Origin: Bugula neritina
Taxonomy: Eukaryota > Animalia > Bryozoa
Assembly: GCA_964035545.1 (NCBI GenBank)
Contig: OZ037769.1
Location: 14,600,633 to 14,664,632 of the forward strand
Length of the DNA: 64,000 nucleotides
Reading direction: 5' to 3'
Part shown: positions 13,521 through 29,407 of the stretch, piece by piece
How positions within the stretch are numbered: the stretch's first letter is position 1
Layout of the letters: every line of letters starts with the position of its first letter
Made by a program: the position numbers and the translations under genes
Notes under the pieces: generated by a model
What the model was told of the DNA's origin: nothing
Databases searched by the model: none
What the model saw: the letters and a program-made list of their open reading frames with translations, nothing else

Positions 13521-16500
13521 TTGTATAGTTACCCAGCTAAATAAATAATGTATTCATGGTATTGTAATTCCAAGCCATGCATTTATCTGTGAATGCAGCT
13601 AAGTATTTAATACGGCCATACATTTATGTACTATGTAGCAATGCCTAATGTAGCTGTCAAGCTTCTACTTATACTCATTTTACTGATGCTTTACTTCTGA
13701 TTACATGATTACAAACATAGCAGTTCAAACAAAATTATTTTAGATAGGAATAAATATAATGCTCCTAGCAAATGTTGTAAAACTATTTTCCAAAAACATA
13801 TACTTTGCAAACAAACTTTTCACAAAGTTATAATGCATTTATCATATTATTGTTTCATTTAAAAGTTATAATGATAGAATATTATACTTAAAACACACCC
13901 AAATTTTTAGATTCTTGTAATACTGTTAAACAAGAGTTAACAGTAAGATTGGCTGTAGAGTAGAATGTTTAGCTCTTTGTACTGAAGCTAACAAGTAACT
14001 GGCATTAAAAAGAGATGTAGATAAAAAGTGACAGAATAACAACTGGCTTGTATATTGGTAGTGCAAAAAGCTGTATATAACAGTTTAAACAAATACCCAT
14101 TAGAATAAATGGTAACCCAGTACTTAAAATGTGGTATGTCATAATACATATTTGTGGTGTATTAACTAGGCTAGATCAACACATAGCACTATATAATTGC
14201 TTTAGTATTTACAATTAGTTTGTGGTCTGGTGGGATTTGTTGATAGCCATTGTCTTTATCAACATAACAGTTTCATAAAATTAGCAGTTTTCCTTATTCA
14301 CCTAGTTAATTTTTAAGATTTATGTACAATATTTACATATTAGGATATAAAAAATATCTTTAACCAGTGAATATCAAAATAATGATTAAAGACATATTTT
14401 ATGTCATATTCTTGTGGCAATCTAAATAATAAGCTGGTCTAAATTGTACTTGTGCAAACAGAACCAGCTCATGAATATATGTTGTCTTTTTTTAACTTGA
14501 CAGTTAATCTAATATGGATGTGTATTTTATACTTGCTTTTGTGTTTAAGGTGATAAAATTGCACTGGTAAGGTAAATAAACGTTGCTTGTTTGGCATGCT
14601 TTTGCGTGGCATTGCATATTATGCTAAACTAATGGCCAGTTTTGCAGTAGCTTCACCATAACCTTCAAAAGAATGCAAATATCATCTAATTATTGTAAGC
14701 TTTTTAGGTTAACTTGACTAGCTATAAACACATGTAAAACTATTAGGCCATTCTAATTTCACGATATACATAGCTCTATAATTCTGAAAAACTGCTAGGT
14801 AGAGTGGAAATTAAACATGATCTATTCATTGCTAAAGTATTACAGCTATGAATAATATATATGTGATTACCTGAGTGATATCACAATCTTCACTTGCTAA
14901 GTTAGTTTAAATACAGGAAAAAAATTAATCTGGGGAAAGATTATATATGAGAAGCTGTTTTTGTAATAATTCCCTGCTCTAGGGTGGTTTAGAAGAATTG
15001 TTTTAAAGCAAAACTTTTGCATACATGAGTTGAATAAAATCATCGAGAGTTTTATGAAGGTCTATTTGTGTATAGGTAGCCCTATGTCACAACTCAAGTT
15101 TTTAGATTTTATGTAATTTGTGGTGCAAAGTTGCAAATAAAAACCTTATTTTAATAATACTTAGACATATGCAAGCAATAAAGATAATGAAAAAAATGCT
15201 ATAGTTGCTAATTAGCTAATATTATTTGCACATGATGCAAATATTTGTATGCATGCATGTTTAGTTTATTAGCATTGGTTAGATATAATTGAATATATAG
15301 ATTTGATGTGGAAATTGAAGAAAATCAATATGTTGTGTTCTATATACAACAACAGTTTTTACATTGGTTTGTTAATTACTTCATAAATCATTTATTACTT
15401 CATGCAATATTTGTTCCTGCAACTTTGCAGAGTGGCAAAATGCATTTCAAAGACATATATTAAGTGATTTTAATTATACTAGAAGTTTCAAACTAAGAAT
15501 TTTTGGGGAGTTTTCTTCTTCCTAAGACATATGTGGTAATTGAACACATAATAAGTGGTGGGCCACAACTCCTTTATACAACCTTGCAAGAAATTATGCA
15601 GCCATTTAAATAGAAAAGGAATTATTGAATTTATTTATTCAACATTATTAGTATTTTATAAATATTTGTTGCATTTAATTAATGAGCATAAAATTTGTCT
15701 TACAAATACTGTAATTAACAGCATGGTAAAAATATATTATATATACTGGTATATGTTTTGTATTGTATTAGATTTAGGCTACATTTCTAATTAAAATGAG
15801 TTAATGGCTAAGTTTAAATATCTTCAACTTATAGATTACATTTTTATGTGCTATAAAAATTTAACTCGTTTGTTACGACATTTCTCCATGCATAAAAGCA
15901 AAACCTACGGCAAGAAATCCTTAGCTAGAAAGATAAATAATAATTTACTTTAATTACATCAAAAGCTAATATCAGCAAGCATTCTATAAATAATGGTAAT
16001 TTACCTAGTGTAATTTTTCTTAAACTAGCTAAGCTTGCTTGGTACTTTAATAAGTTTATTGGCATAGTGTATTATGTTATACTTATAATATATTTTTAAG
16101 GCTTTAAGGAAAATGATGTTTTAGCTGCGTTATTCCTAATGCAAGCCTTATAAATTTACAATATATTATACTAAAATATTATGTTTGTAATTAGAAAGAA
16201 AACAAATTACTTTCATAAACTTATAATTATTGCATTCTGTTATTGTTAATGCTAGAATAACAAATTGAACACGGCATATGCTTCCCTAACCAGATGCTTT
16301 TAAACGGATTAAAAATAATTTGTCAATTTCTAATTATGAGGAACAAACTCCTCGATAGTTTCTACATTTGCGCATGATTTTATCAAGATAGGCTTGCTTT
16401 TGTGTCAACCTGTAGCCAGTGCAACTATACTTTATGTAACGAGTAAAACAGACTCATTTCCAAGTACACAGTCTAAAGGGTAGGAATTACTACAAAGAAA

Positions 16501-16893
16501 AGTGCCGGTTAAAAGTTAATTATAATTGGAAATAAGGTGAAATATCAGTCAGAAATTAAAAAGTGTCAACTAAAAAGGTGTATTGTTATTTCTTTTTGGC
16601 TTAATGAAAAAGTTTTTTGAGGAAGAAGTACGAGAAACATCTAGGAGGGGTTCATATCCACCACTGGCGACTACCTGTTTATTGATGAAAAACTATCCAA
16701 TGATAGTACAGTATTATGGTCTTTTGCCTTATAATTGGCTTTGATTTTTTTATGTCTAATTACGAGATACTAAACAGATGCAAAGTATGTTGTGCATAGG
16801 CAGTTTTTTTATGTCTCTAAACAACATTCTAGGAAAATATATACTGCACAAACTTCACATCTGTAAGGTTTTTCTCCAGTGTGTATCCTCATA

Positions 16894-19800
16894 CACAGTT
16901 AGTTTAAGGTCATACTTTTCATTTTCTGGCTCTTTGCCAGGTGCTTTATGTTCTATATGAACAATGTTCCACTGATAGCTCGAACAGGTTGAATGTCACA
17001 GGAACAAAAAAAATATGAAAAGATAAAGAAACTTATGTTCTCCAATATACTTTTTTATTTTTTTCAAAAGCCAATTCATGTTTAAGTTATAGCTTGTTGA
17101 AAAACATATTCCCCCTTCCACATTCTTTTTAATTTATACGCTCCTGACTTGTTATTGCGTCTCAATATGCCTTGTATTTGAGTGCTTGTTAGTCTCGCTT
17201 CACTAACTTTGCCTATACTTCACAAGTGCCAGTGCTGCTGGCTCAAAAGCTAAATGTTATAAACTGTCAGCTAAAACCCAATCTTGTATTCCTAGGTTGG
17301 TTGGCCTAAATAAAACAATAGTCAAATCATGATTTCATGTTTTAAAAATTTACTCTATTCTAACCTGCTGCCTAGCTATAGTTCTATTTTTGATTTATAA
17401 TTACAGCATTTGTGATACATTTTTTTGGCAACCATGTGATTTATAAAATGCAGTAATGGTACTTACAATATTATATTATTACCATTATAATATATTATAT
17501 AGTATTATGTGTGTTTTTATTATACTGCATAATATCTATTTTATTATTGTTGTTGTGCAAACAAGTGCAATTAACCTAGTTTTCAAAATGTACCTCTAAA
17601 TTATCAGAATATCAGTTCAGATATTTTCATGCTTTGTTAGGTAAACCTAAAAAAAGAGGCTGTATTCCCAAAGTAAAGGGTGTTGAACTATGAACTATAT
17701 TAGATTAGCCACTCTGCTACCAAGTGCATCAGTAAAATATTATATGAATAGCTCTGATGCTTTGTCTCCAGTGGCTGGCTGCGATATGATAACTTGGCCA
17801 ACTTCCAAGAGTTTAAAATTGGTGCAATTATTCAAGAGGTTACATACTGCACAGAGCTAGCAGTGATAGTAACCTTGCTATTGGCAGTACTTATTACAAC
17901 TGCCAGCATATAAGCTGCATTGTAGAATGCAGTTGGGGTAGGCTAGTAAAACCAAATTCTGCTCTCTAATATACCTTAGACACAATGCAGCAACATAATT
18001 GTTCGTTTCAAATTACATTGCCACCCTTACACGAGCTGTGGGCTTCATAAAGATTCATATGATTAGAGATTTATGCTATAGGCTAGCTATGATGAAAATA
18101 ACACACCATTGTCAAAGTTAACTTCAAGTATGTTGTTTTCCAGAAACTCAGTAATGTCCATTTATCTCTCGCATACAAATACTTATGCAATAGCATACAG
18201 TTTAAGTTTTATTTTAGAGCACACCTGCAAACTCTACAATAAGAGCTTGCTTTAACAGTCTATTTCAGACCTGTTTTTGTAGCTAGTAATACGCAAGCTA
18301 CTTATTTTTAAACTTTTGGGTTATTTGTTCAAAACAATTAGCTTTGCTAGTAACCCGAGACTATCGCAACAGTTGACTGCTATCAACATGAATTGACAGC
18401 CTAATAATAGACGATGTAAATTTGGTACATTTAGTACCTTGTACCAACTCTAGAATACTCACCACTATAACTTATATAAACTTCTGCAAGTTCAAATGCA
18501 AAATGCATACTTTTAGAAAATAGCTGTGCAACTTTTATTACATGCATTATTTTATTTCATATCTTAAACTTATGAACCATGAGTTCATTTTTCAAAATGT
18601 TTAAATTAAGTGCTCAAAAAATGCAATTAAAATTTTTATTCTTGCACAAATACCCTGGTGCAGTTTGACCACAACCCCAGCTGTTTTGACAAACACATTT
18701 AATGGTTTTTTTTATTGACATAGTGGTGAATGAGCTGGTTGTTTTTGGCAGTTGGGTAGACTTGAAGCTTGGCAGCTTTTAAACAATTCTGATTGGCAGA
18801 ATTTTACACGATAAGTTGATGTTTGTATCTGATTGGCCTAATAATGCATTTGCATTTGAAAATGTAGAGTTTTATTTAAGCTATAATGGTGATATTTTAG
18901 AGTTGGCACACACCCCTTTTGGGTTGAGTTTTATAGTCTGTTCCTGCTGTAGTCATCTACAACAACAGTGTATAGGGAAATTATTAGTATTACGAAATCT
19001 GTTTTGGCTTACTTTGCTATGCCAGTATTCTGACTTAGTTTGTAATCAACTATGTTGGCAGTTAAAACTGAGGGTGATTTCATCAAAGGTGGACATTGCT
19101 GAGGCCTTAGAACATCAAATCAACCAGTGCTGTTACTTGGTTGTATTGTAAAGCAGTAGTGAGAGCATAGCACACTATCACAGTCACTGAGCTGCAATGA
19201 CAGTGGCTACACCAAACTCGTCAGTTCTATTATATTATCTTATGTAAGGCACGTCAAAACAATATAGACCCACATGCAAGGCACTACATGCTAATACTCA
19301 TTTTTATACAAAATTTCTACATTATCTATTGCTAATAGCTGTGCATTTAAATCCAATGCAGATGAATATGTGACAGAGTAAAAAGCTACTGTTTTACAAA
19401 TTTAAAATAAAATAATAGTGCGGGTACACAAGCAAATAATTTATAGTTAGCGTAGGCTAATGCATTTGTAATGTGCATGTTAAACAACTTTTTTATAATT
19501 TATTACATTAGACTATGAGAATGTATTTAGTAGTATGTATTGATTTAAAACTAAATCATGAAATGATTATCATTATTGCAACCTCTGTGCTTGGTAGACA
19601 GGATAGAGAGGGGTGGTGTGACTGCTGTAACTGTGCTACTGCTCTACATACTAACAGAGACTAGGCTAGTGTTTTGACGTGCCTTACATACTGTCATTGC
19701 AGCTCAGTGACTGTGATAGTGTGCTATGCTCTCACTACTGCTTTACAATACAACCAAGTAACAGCACTGGTTGATTTGATGTTCTAAGGCCTCAGCAATG

Positions 19801-21209
19801 TCTACCTTTGATGAAATCACCCTCAGTTTTAACTGCCAACATAGTTGATTATAACAAAACTAAGTCAGAATACTGGCATAGCAAAGTAAGCCAAAACAGA
19901 TTTCGTAATACTAATAATTTCCCTATACACTGTTGTTGTAGATGACTGCAGCAGGAACAGACTATAAAACTCAACCCAAAAGGGGTGTGTGCCAACTCTA
20001 AAATATCACCATTATAGCTTAAATAAAACTCTACATTTTCAAATGCAAATGCATTATTAGGCCAATCAGATACAAACATCAACTTATCGTGTAAAATTCT
20101 GCCAATCAGAATTGTTTAAAAGCTGCCAAGCTTCAAGTCTACCCAACTGCCAAAAACAACCAGCTCATTCACCACTATGTCAATAAAAAAACCATTAAAT
20201 GTGTTTGCCAAAACAGCTGGGGTTGTGGTCAAACTGCACCAGGGTATTTGTGCAAGAATAAAAATTTTAATTGCATTTTTTGAGCACTTAATTTAAACAT
20301 TTTGAAAAATGAACTCATGGTTCATAAATTTAAGATATGAAATAAAATAATGCATGTAATAAAAGTTGCACAGCTATTTTCTAAAAGTATGCATTTTGCA
20401 TTTGAACTTGCAGAAGTTTATATAAGTTATAGTGGTGAGTATTCTAGAGTTGGTACAAGGTACTAAATGTACCAAATTTACATCGTCTATTAGAGAAACT
20501 GAAAGTACACCTGCTGCGCTATAGACAGACATTTACTGACAAGACTGTAAAGTGAAGTGATTTAGCTGAAATTAACTTTGCCAAACAAACAAAGAATTAT
20601 GTTGTGCTGAGGCATTTTCAATATATTATTGTAACATAGTGAGATGATTCAGCTGAGTGCTAAAGTAAAACAGGGAGCATTATATTGGCAGAAATCCAAT
20701 AGATTGCCAATTTGTGCGAGAGGGTACTATATGTTATTGTGATAGCGCAGAGCGGCAAACTACTAGGAATGTTATAATTAGTCACAGGAGCGTAGTTAGA
20801 ACCACCATATGAAGAATTTAGAAAATTGCAGTGAAACTTGCAAAATGGTGTATGTTTTTACCAAATTGTGAAGAGCATAAACAGAATTTCAAAAAACAAA
20901 GAAAGTATATTAGAGAAAACATATCAAGGAATGTCAAGTTTAACATTTAAACTTTGTAAAATGAATCCCCTGTGCTACAGCAGTGGAACATGGAGGGTGT
21001 AAAATTTTACTTATTATGCAACAACTTTCTCAGAAAATTTTTTATTGAAAAATTAAAAAAGTATATGAAAGAGGAATGCAAGAGCTATCTTTTCATGTAA
21101 AATTTATTAATGTGAGACAAAAACTGTTCGAGCTATCTCCTGGAAACTGTTTATATATAACATAAAGCAGTGCCTGAATCTGGAAAGTAATGACCTTAAA
21201 CCAACTGTG
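16894..21209. mobile_element. Non-autonomous TIR DNA transposon with CACAG termini and TA target duplication (EnSpm/CACTA-like or Tc1/mariner-like)
   Basis: Left end TA|CACAGTTAGTTTAAGGTCAT, right end ATGACCTTAAACCAACTGTG|TA. Imperfect TIR of about 110 bp (gctttatgtt...gatagctcgaacag). The empty site is defined by the ZNF reading frame. Confidence 0.9.
18409..20488. mobile_element. Nested foldback-type DNA transposon with about 850-bp near-identical TIRs and AT target duplication (ISL2EU/PHIS-like)
   Basis: 18409-19261 is the reverse complement of 19670-20488, apart from one 36-bp indel and a few substitutions. Ends are AT|AGACGATG...CATCGTCT|AT. The spacer is about 410 bp with no recognisable transposase. 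Confidence 0.92.
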
Positions 21210-21779
21210 TATGAATAGATAAATTACTTCTCTGCGTATATGCTTTGTCACACTTTTCACATTTGTATAACTTTTCTGAGTTGTGTTTTTTTACGGGGAG
21301 AGTTAATTCATTCCTGTCTTTGAAAATGGTGTTACATATTTGAAATTCATAAAAGTTTTCTTCATGGTTTATGTTCATGTATTTAGGTAACTCCTGATAT
21401 TGTGAAACCTGTTTACAATGATTTCTGTATGCGTCATTTTCTGCTAGCTCCATGCATGTTCTAAAGTGTTCTTCACACTTTGCACACCTTTTGGGCTCCT
21501 TACTATTTTCTTTTGTGTCAAGGCCAAGCAACGAATAAATGAAGGCTTCCCCACACTCACTACACCTTTTAAGATGTTTATTACTGTGCATTGTAGGATA
21601 GTTATTTGAAACTGGCGTCTGTGAACAACCTTCTTCTTTTGTATCATCAGTTTCAACTTTAAACTCTAAAAGAAGAGATTCCAGATTCTCACCTTTCTTT
21701 CTATTCTCAGATGCTAAGTCTTGCTCTGGAATATTAATAATAAACATTTACAATCTGCTGAGATAAAATATAAAAGAGA

Positions 21780-21900
21780 GCAGCAGTGGTATATAGGGGT
21801 TAAAATGTTTGCTTTGTAAACACAAAGTTAAGGGTTTGAACCCAGACAAAAGCCATTAGTGATGTTAGGAAGAGCATCCAGTCATAATTGCTTTCATTTA
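21780..21900 (+). mobile_element. tRNA-derived SINE in the ZNF1 intron
   Basis: A-box TGGTATATAGGGG, B-box-like GGTTTGAACCC, core gtgatgttaggaagagcatccagtcataa. Paralogous copies at about 25702, 28752, 30592, 38550 (head deleted), 42233, 48036, 52339 and 59408. Confidence 0.7.
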
Positions 21901-23093
21901 AATAAGCTCTTAGCCCAATTCATTAAAAACTCTTTTCTATCAGGGATCTCTTACAGAGACAGTGACTATAAACTTGTGTGAGTTTAAAATATATATATTC
22001 TTCTATAGAAGTTGTGGTATGTATAGTAGTTCAAGCAATGCATGGGGAGATAAAGACAAAAATACATGCAAAACCCTGAATAAGAAGCAAACTGGGAAAT
22101 TTACTAAAACAAAATGCCTAAATAGAATTTTAAACTGAATCAAATTTTTTTTTAAAAGGCAATAGAAGACAACTCTTTACTCACCACTGATGGACATATC
22201 TTGGTATTTTAGTATTTCTACTCAATCCTGATAAAATAATAAAATACTCTAAATCATATCATGTCCAATAAACAAAAGTACTAAATTAAAAATGATAAAG
22301 CATTAGCAAAAATTGGAAATCTAAAAGCAGAAAATTATAGCTTAAAAAGCCATAGAGTTGGTACTATATATAGCAAAATGTAAAACACAAAATACAAAAA
22401 TTAAAGACTAGCTATTTGGTTGCTGAAAGCTTTGAGGATGAGAAAGTATTGGGGAAGCAGTAATTTATAGACATATCTTATAAATTATTACTTGAAATTT
22501 AATCCTAATGTTTGTGCAACTGGGCTGATATACATATTATATTATATATACCTATCTTACCATCACCAAGAACTTATAGATTAAATAGATATAATACATT
22601 ATTCAAAGTAGCAATTTGGGCCTTAATAAAGCATTTAAAAAACCTACATCGAAAAATAAAGGCAAACCTTTATATTATTTTTCATCTTATTTCAACACTT
22701 AAAAAATAATATTTAATATAACTTGACATTAAAAAAGATTTTTGATCAGTAGCAGATGTTTATGAAGCTTACCCTGTGAGTTCACCGCAAGCATCAACTA
22801 TGATCTCAAGATACTCTTGAAAATAAATAACTTTTAGTGCCTATTTAATATATCTTATAGTTTATTACAATATATTGGTATAGAATAAGTAAAATCTAGT
22901 TTTAAATCAATCATGATATTGAATTGCACTTGATTATAAAAATGTGAGAAAAACAAATTTATTATAAAGCAATCCAAAAGTATAGAACCTAATTTTGTAT
23001 ATAATTATATGTGTATGAGTTGTCAAATATATTTTTTTTATAATATATAATAAAAATTATCAAAAAAAATTGCATCAAACCATAAAATCGTGC

Positions 23094-23113
23094 AGGTCAA
23101 AAGTCAAAGGTCA
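23094..23113 (+). promoter_or_regulatory. Tandem nuclear-receptor DR1 elements
   Basis: AGGTCA-A-AAGTCA-A-AGGTCA, about 0.9 kb upstream of the ZNF1 start exon. Confidence 0.45.
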
Positions 23114-24232
23114 AAAGAATGTAAATTCTGCATGTAAAAGAAAAATAATAATTTCCTAATAAATTAAAAATAAATAATAAAATAATAAATGATAAAATAA
23201 TAAATAAAAAAATAGATTTAACTGAGCAAAAAAGCTTAGCTAGATTATAACAATAAACTGTAATAATTTAATTGAATGCTGTATTTTACTATGTTAAGAA
23301 AGTCATGAGTCTATGTACGATTTGATGCTAGCCATTATTGTTTTACTATGCAACCACTTTAATATACTTTTCATTGGACAATTGGCACATATATTATACT
23401 ATGAGCAGCGAATTTAGAATGCATGCTAGTATAGATTCATCATCAAAATTTGAATTGCAAATTTGCTCTATGCTTTTCTGAGATATTTTTATCGGGGTTA
23501 GCTTATATAAAAATTATTTACTCAAAAAAGACTTAAAATATTATAAGCTTTCTTGTAGCATACTCCACAGAAATTTAAAACTGTTCATTGTGCTCTAAAT
23601 TTTAGCTCGATAATGATATTTTGCTCCATATTCTTGAATATTCATTTAATCTGTTTTTTTAATGTTTTTTCAAAGCCTATCAAATGCACTTCTTTACATA
23701 TATGTGTCATTTAACTTATAGTGCTTTAATTTATACATTTATATTAACATTTTTAACATAATAGGGTAAACTGTTTCTGTTAAATCATCTATAAAGACTT
23801 GAAAACTACCATGAAAGCTGTTATTTCTAAAATTATAAATATATTATGTAATGATGATTCTTGCATTATTACTTCACTTTATAGTACACTTTGAATACAA
23901 AACATCTTTGCACAAAATTATATAGATTTAATTCATTAAGACATTAAAACAATACTATGTGCAGTTTATTTATTATATATAAGAATGATGAAAAGTATAC
24001 AATCACTTAAGAATTCAGATGAATAACTATAAACTGTCTGATTCAGTATTGATAATACATTTCTAAAAATAGTTTTACATACTTTAATCAAACATCTTAA
24101 AACAATAGTCTAAATATTAAAGTGACTTTACATTAATGGGCTAAAAGTTATTCCAAATACATTAAACTACTCCGCTTGTCTCATTAAATGGTTGGTGATA
24201 TAGATTTAACTCTGCTAAATGTTTTAAAATAT

Positions 24233-24653
24233 GGGTCATTTTACTTAGTTTAGTACACACTGGAAATTTCCAGTTTTTAGCTATTTTTTACAATTTAGCT
24301 GCTAATGAACAAGGGTTTTTGCCCAAAAGTAGTTAAATGTCAATGAACACACATAAATAATCGAGGTTCTTTTTAATTTTGATTGATTTTCCATGTTTTT
24401 TCCTAATTATTCAACTACTTTTGATTGCAGGCCGTTACGAAAAAACCATAACGGTCTGCAATCAAAAGTAGCTAAATAATTAGGAAAAAACATGGAAAAT
24501 CAATCAAAATTAAAAAGAACCTAGATTATTTATGTGTGTTCATTGACATTTAACTACTTTTGGGCAAAAACCCTTGTTCATTAGCAGCTAAATTGTGAAA
24601 AATAGCTAAAAACTGGAAACTTCCGGTGTGTACTAAGTTAAGTAAAATGACCC
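24233..24653. mobile_element. Young palindromic MITE (421 bp), probable 4-bp ATAT target duplication, GGG termini (Sola-like)
   Basis: Near-perfect hairpin GGGTCATTTTACTTA...TAAGTAAAATGACCC centred near 24443. Absent from the paralogous ZNF 3' flanks (about 34830 and 46740), which give the empty site. Confidence 0.92.
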
Positions 24654-24850
24654 ATATATTTTGAGTTTTAATATGGTGTTTTATCTCAATATGCAATTAA
24701 TTATACTCGATTATATCCCTAAACTAAACTATGAACATTTGAATTGTGTTTAAAATTAATCGCGAGCTTACATTTGCATTTTTGATGCTGTGTTTTCATG
24801 CATACAATAGTCTGTCTGCTTTCTCTGAACATCTGGCCACATATTTCACA

Positions 24851-26128
24851 TTATTTTCTATAAGAGTGTACCTTCATGTGATTAGTTAGATTTTGTTTTG
24901 TGGTATAGGTCTTTCCACAACTTTCACATCTGTAAGGTTTCTCTCCACTGTGTATCCTCACATGAACATTTAGATGTCCTTTGTGGCTAAAATTCTGGCC
25001 GCATGTCTCACATCTGTATGGCTCTTCCCCAGTATGAGTTCTCATATGAACAGTTAGTTGTGCTTTTTGTCTAAAAGAATTGCCACAAACTTTACATCTG
25101 AATGGCTTTTCTCCAGTGTGTATTCTCGCATGAACAGATAAACTACTTCTCCGTGTATATGCTTTGTCACACTCTTCACATTTGTATGGCTTTTCCAAGG
25201 TGTGTTTCTTCACAGAGTTAGCTAGTTTGTCCCTGTTTTTGAAAATGGTGTTCCATGTTTGAAATTCATAAAAGTTTTCTCCATGGTTAATGTTCATGTA
25301 TTTAGCTAACTCCTGAGATTGTGAAACCTGTTTGCAATGATTTCTGTATGAGTCATTTTTTTCTAGCTCCATGCATATTCTAAAGCATTCTTCACACTTC
25401 GCACACCTTTTGGTCTCTCTACTATCTTCTTCTGTGTCAAGGCCACACAGCAAATAAACGAAGTCTTCCCCACATTCCCTACATCTTTTAATATGTTTAT
25501 TGTTGTGCATTGTAAGATAGTTTTTTGAAACTGGCGTCTGTGAACTTAACCTTCTTCTTTTGTGTCATCTGCTTCAACTTTAAACTCTAAAAGAGGAGAT
25601 TTCAGATTATCACCTCTCTCTCTATTCTCAGATGCAAAGTCTTGCTCTGGAATATTAATAGGAAACATTTGCAACTTGTTTATATAAAATATATAAAACG
25701 AAGCAGCAGTGATCTAGGGGCTAAAGAGTTTGCTTTGTGAAAACTAAGTCATGGCTTTTAACCCTGACAAAGACTATCGGTAATGTTAAGAAGAGCATCT
25801 GTGGTCATAATTGCTTTGATGCCTCATTTAAAAAGTCTTTAGCCCGTTCTAACAAAAAACCCTTTCCATGATGGGATTCCCACAGGGATAGCGACTATAA
25901 AATTATGTGAGTTTAAAATATATAGAAGTTGTATTTTATAATAGTTTAATAATACTTTAATTAGGCAATGCATGAGCAGAGCAGGAAAAATACATGCAAA
26001 AATCGTGAATCAGAAGCAAACTGTATAATTTACTAAAATAAAATGTCTTTATAGATTTCTAAAATGAAACAAATTGTTTTTTATAAAAAGCAACAGAAGA
26101 CAACTCTTTACTCACCACTGATGGACAT
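24851..26128 (-). pseudogene. ZNF2: four-finger C2H2 gene with a +2 insertion creating an early stop
   Basis: Mini-exon 26128-26116, main exon from 25646. An extra TT at 25546-25547 turns GGT TGT into GGT TAA. The downstream ORF 25510-24851 is still open (C4 module plus 4 fingers). Confidence 0.85.
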
Positions 26129-26632
26129 ATCTTGATATTTTAGTATTTCTACTCAATCCTGATAAGATAATAAAATACTCTAAAACATATCATGTCCAAT
26201 AAACAAAAGTACTAAATTAAAAGTGATAAAGCATTAGCAAACATTGGAAATCTAAAAGTAGAAAATTATAGTTTAAAAAGCCATAGAGTTAATACTATAT
26301 AGCAAAATGTAAAACACAAAATACAAAAAGTAAAGACTAGCTATTTGGTTGCTGAAAGCTTTGAGAATGAGAAAGTATTAGGGAAGCAGTAGTTGATAGA
26401 CTTATCTTATAAACTATTCCTTGAAATTTAATCTCAATGTTTGCTCGACTTGGTGGATATATGTATATATATAATTTATATTTAGGCTACCAGTATCAAA
26501 AACTTGTATAGATTAAATTTATCTTTAAAAAATTAATTTTAAGCTGCAATTTATTATTATAAAATGGTACACACGACATCTAGATATCATACAAAATATC
26601 AAAATAAAATGCATCAAACCATAATGTCATGC

Positions 26633-26652
26633 AAGTTAAAGGTCAAAGGTCA
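26633..26652 (+). promoter_or_regulatory. Tandem DR1 nuclear-receptor elements
   Basis: AAGTTA-A-AGGTCA-A-AGGTCA, containing a perfect DR1, about 0.5 kb upstream of the ZNF2 start exon. Confidence 0.45.
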
Positions 26653-27898
26653 AAAGAATGTATTAAAGTATCTAAAAAAATTTTTTAATTATAAATTTAA
26701 CTCAATCAAAAAAGTCTTATATCCAGTTTATGACAATATTATAGTAATTTAGCTATTATATATGTTGGAGTTTCCGCCGTTGAGTACTCATGTGTCTATG
26801 TGTGCTTTGATGCCAGCCATTATTGTTTTACTATGCAACCACTTTAATAGACCTTTCCTCAGAAAAAAAGATAATTAATACATACTATAAGCAGTAAATA
26901 TAAACTGCTGTTATAGAATCGTTATCAAAATTTGAATATCAAAATTGCTCTATTTGTCTGATTTTGCTCCTAATATTAATTTATCAGGGTTAGCTTAATT
27001 ATAACAATCAGCTACTAAAAAAGCTTTCCTATAGCCCAATCCACAGTATTTTAAAACTGTTCTTCGTGCTATAAGTTTTTCTTGTTTACCTATAATAATA
27101 ATATTTTGCTCTATATTATTGAGCATTATATCTAATTTTTCACTGTTTATTCAAAGCCTATCTAAGGACGCTTTCGAAAGCGCCCTAATTAATTCATCTT
27201 CCCACAAATATATGTAGCATTTTAATATATAGTGTTTTTATACATTTATATTATTTTTTTAAACATATTAGGTAAATATTTTCTGTTAAATCATTCGTAA
27301 AATCTTAAAAACTACCATGATGTCTTTTTTTACTAAAATTGAAGACATTATATAATAGTATTATATGCAATATTATGACACTTTATAGTATAATCTGAAT
27401 ACATAACATCTTTGCACAAAGCCATATAAATTATGCATTAGACATTAAAATAATATCATATGCAGATAATTTATTAAATATAAAAATGATAAAAAGTATA
27501 CAATTACTAATAATACTAATTAAGATATATAACTAGAAACTGTCTAATTCAGTATTCATGATGCATTTCTAAAGATAGTTTTCCATGCCTTAAGATCACT
27601 CGTCTTGAAATATTTGTCTTTTAATTGTGTCAAAGTAATTTTCCGGCTAAAAATTATTCCAAATACATTAAACTACTCTGTTTGTCTCACTAAATGATTG
27701 GTACAACAGATATAACTCTGCTAAAATTTTTTAGCTATGTTTCATGTTTTAATGGTGTTTCATCTAAGTATGCAATTTTATATCATTTATATATAGCTTA
27801 TAAAATTGAAATTTTCGTTTTACATTTGCAATTTTCTTGCCGTGATTTGATATAACAACCTATAAGCTTTCTCTTAATGTCTCGCCATAAATTTTACA

Positions 27899-29173
<1,275 letters not shown>

Positions 29174-29407
29174 CTTGATATTTTAGTATTTTTATACTCA
29201 ACTCTGATAAAATAATAAAATACTCTAAAAAGTATTACGTCTAATAAACAGAAGTACTAAGTTAAAAGTGAGAATGCTTTCTAAAAAAGCTAAATTTGAA
29301 TTGCATTTAAAATTGTTCACAAGCTTACGCATTTGCATTTTACATGCTGTGCTTTTATATAACAGTCTGTATGCTTTCTCTGAATGTCTGCTACAAATTT
29401 CACTTTA

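Larger units (their letters stand above)
16809..22197 (-). pseudogene. ZNF1: C2H2 zinc-finger gene split by a 4.3-kb transposon
   Basis: Mini-exon 22197-22185; main exon 21725-21210; resumes at 16892-16809. Removing the insert and one TA restores [18 protein letters not shown], after which the array is truncated. Confidence 0.9.

Noticed and set aside
18816-20082. Twin ORFs MMFVSDWPNN... on opposite strands
   Set aside because: They are the two arms of one inverted repeat, start at TTG and encode no recognisable protein.
21715-22197. Conserved overlapping uORF (MSISADCKCLL...)
   Set aside because: Arises only if an upstream AG is used, and that AG is missing in ZNF2, ZNF5 and ZNF7. The conserved downstream YAG puts the ATG in frame with the ZNF ORF.
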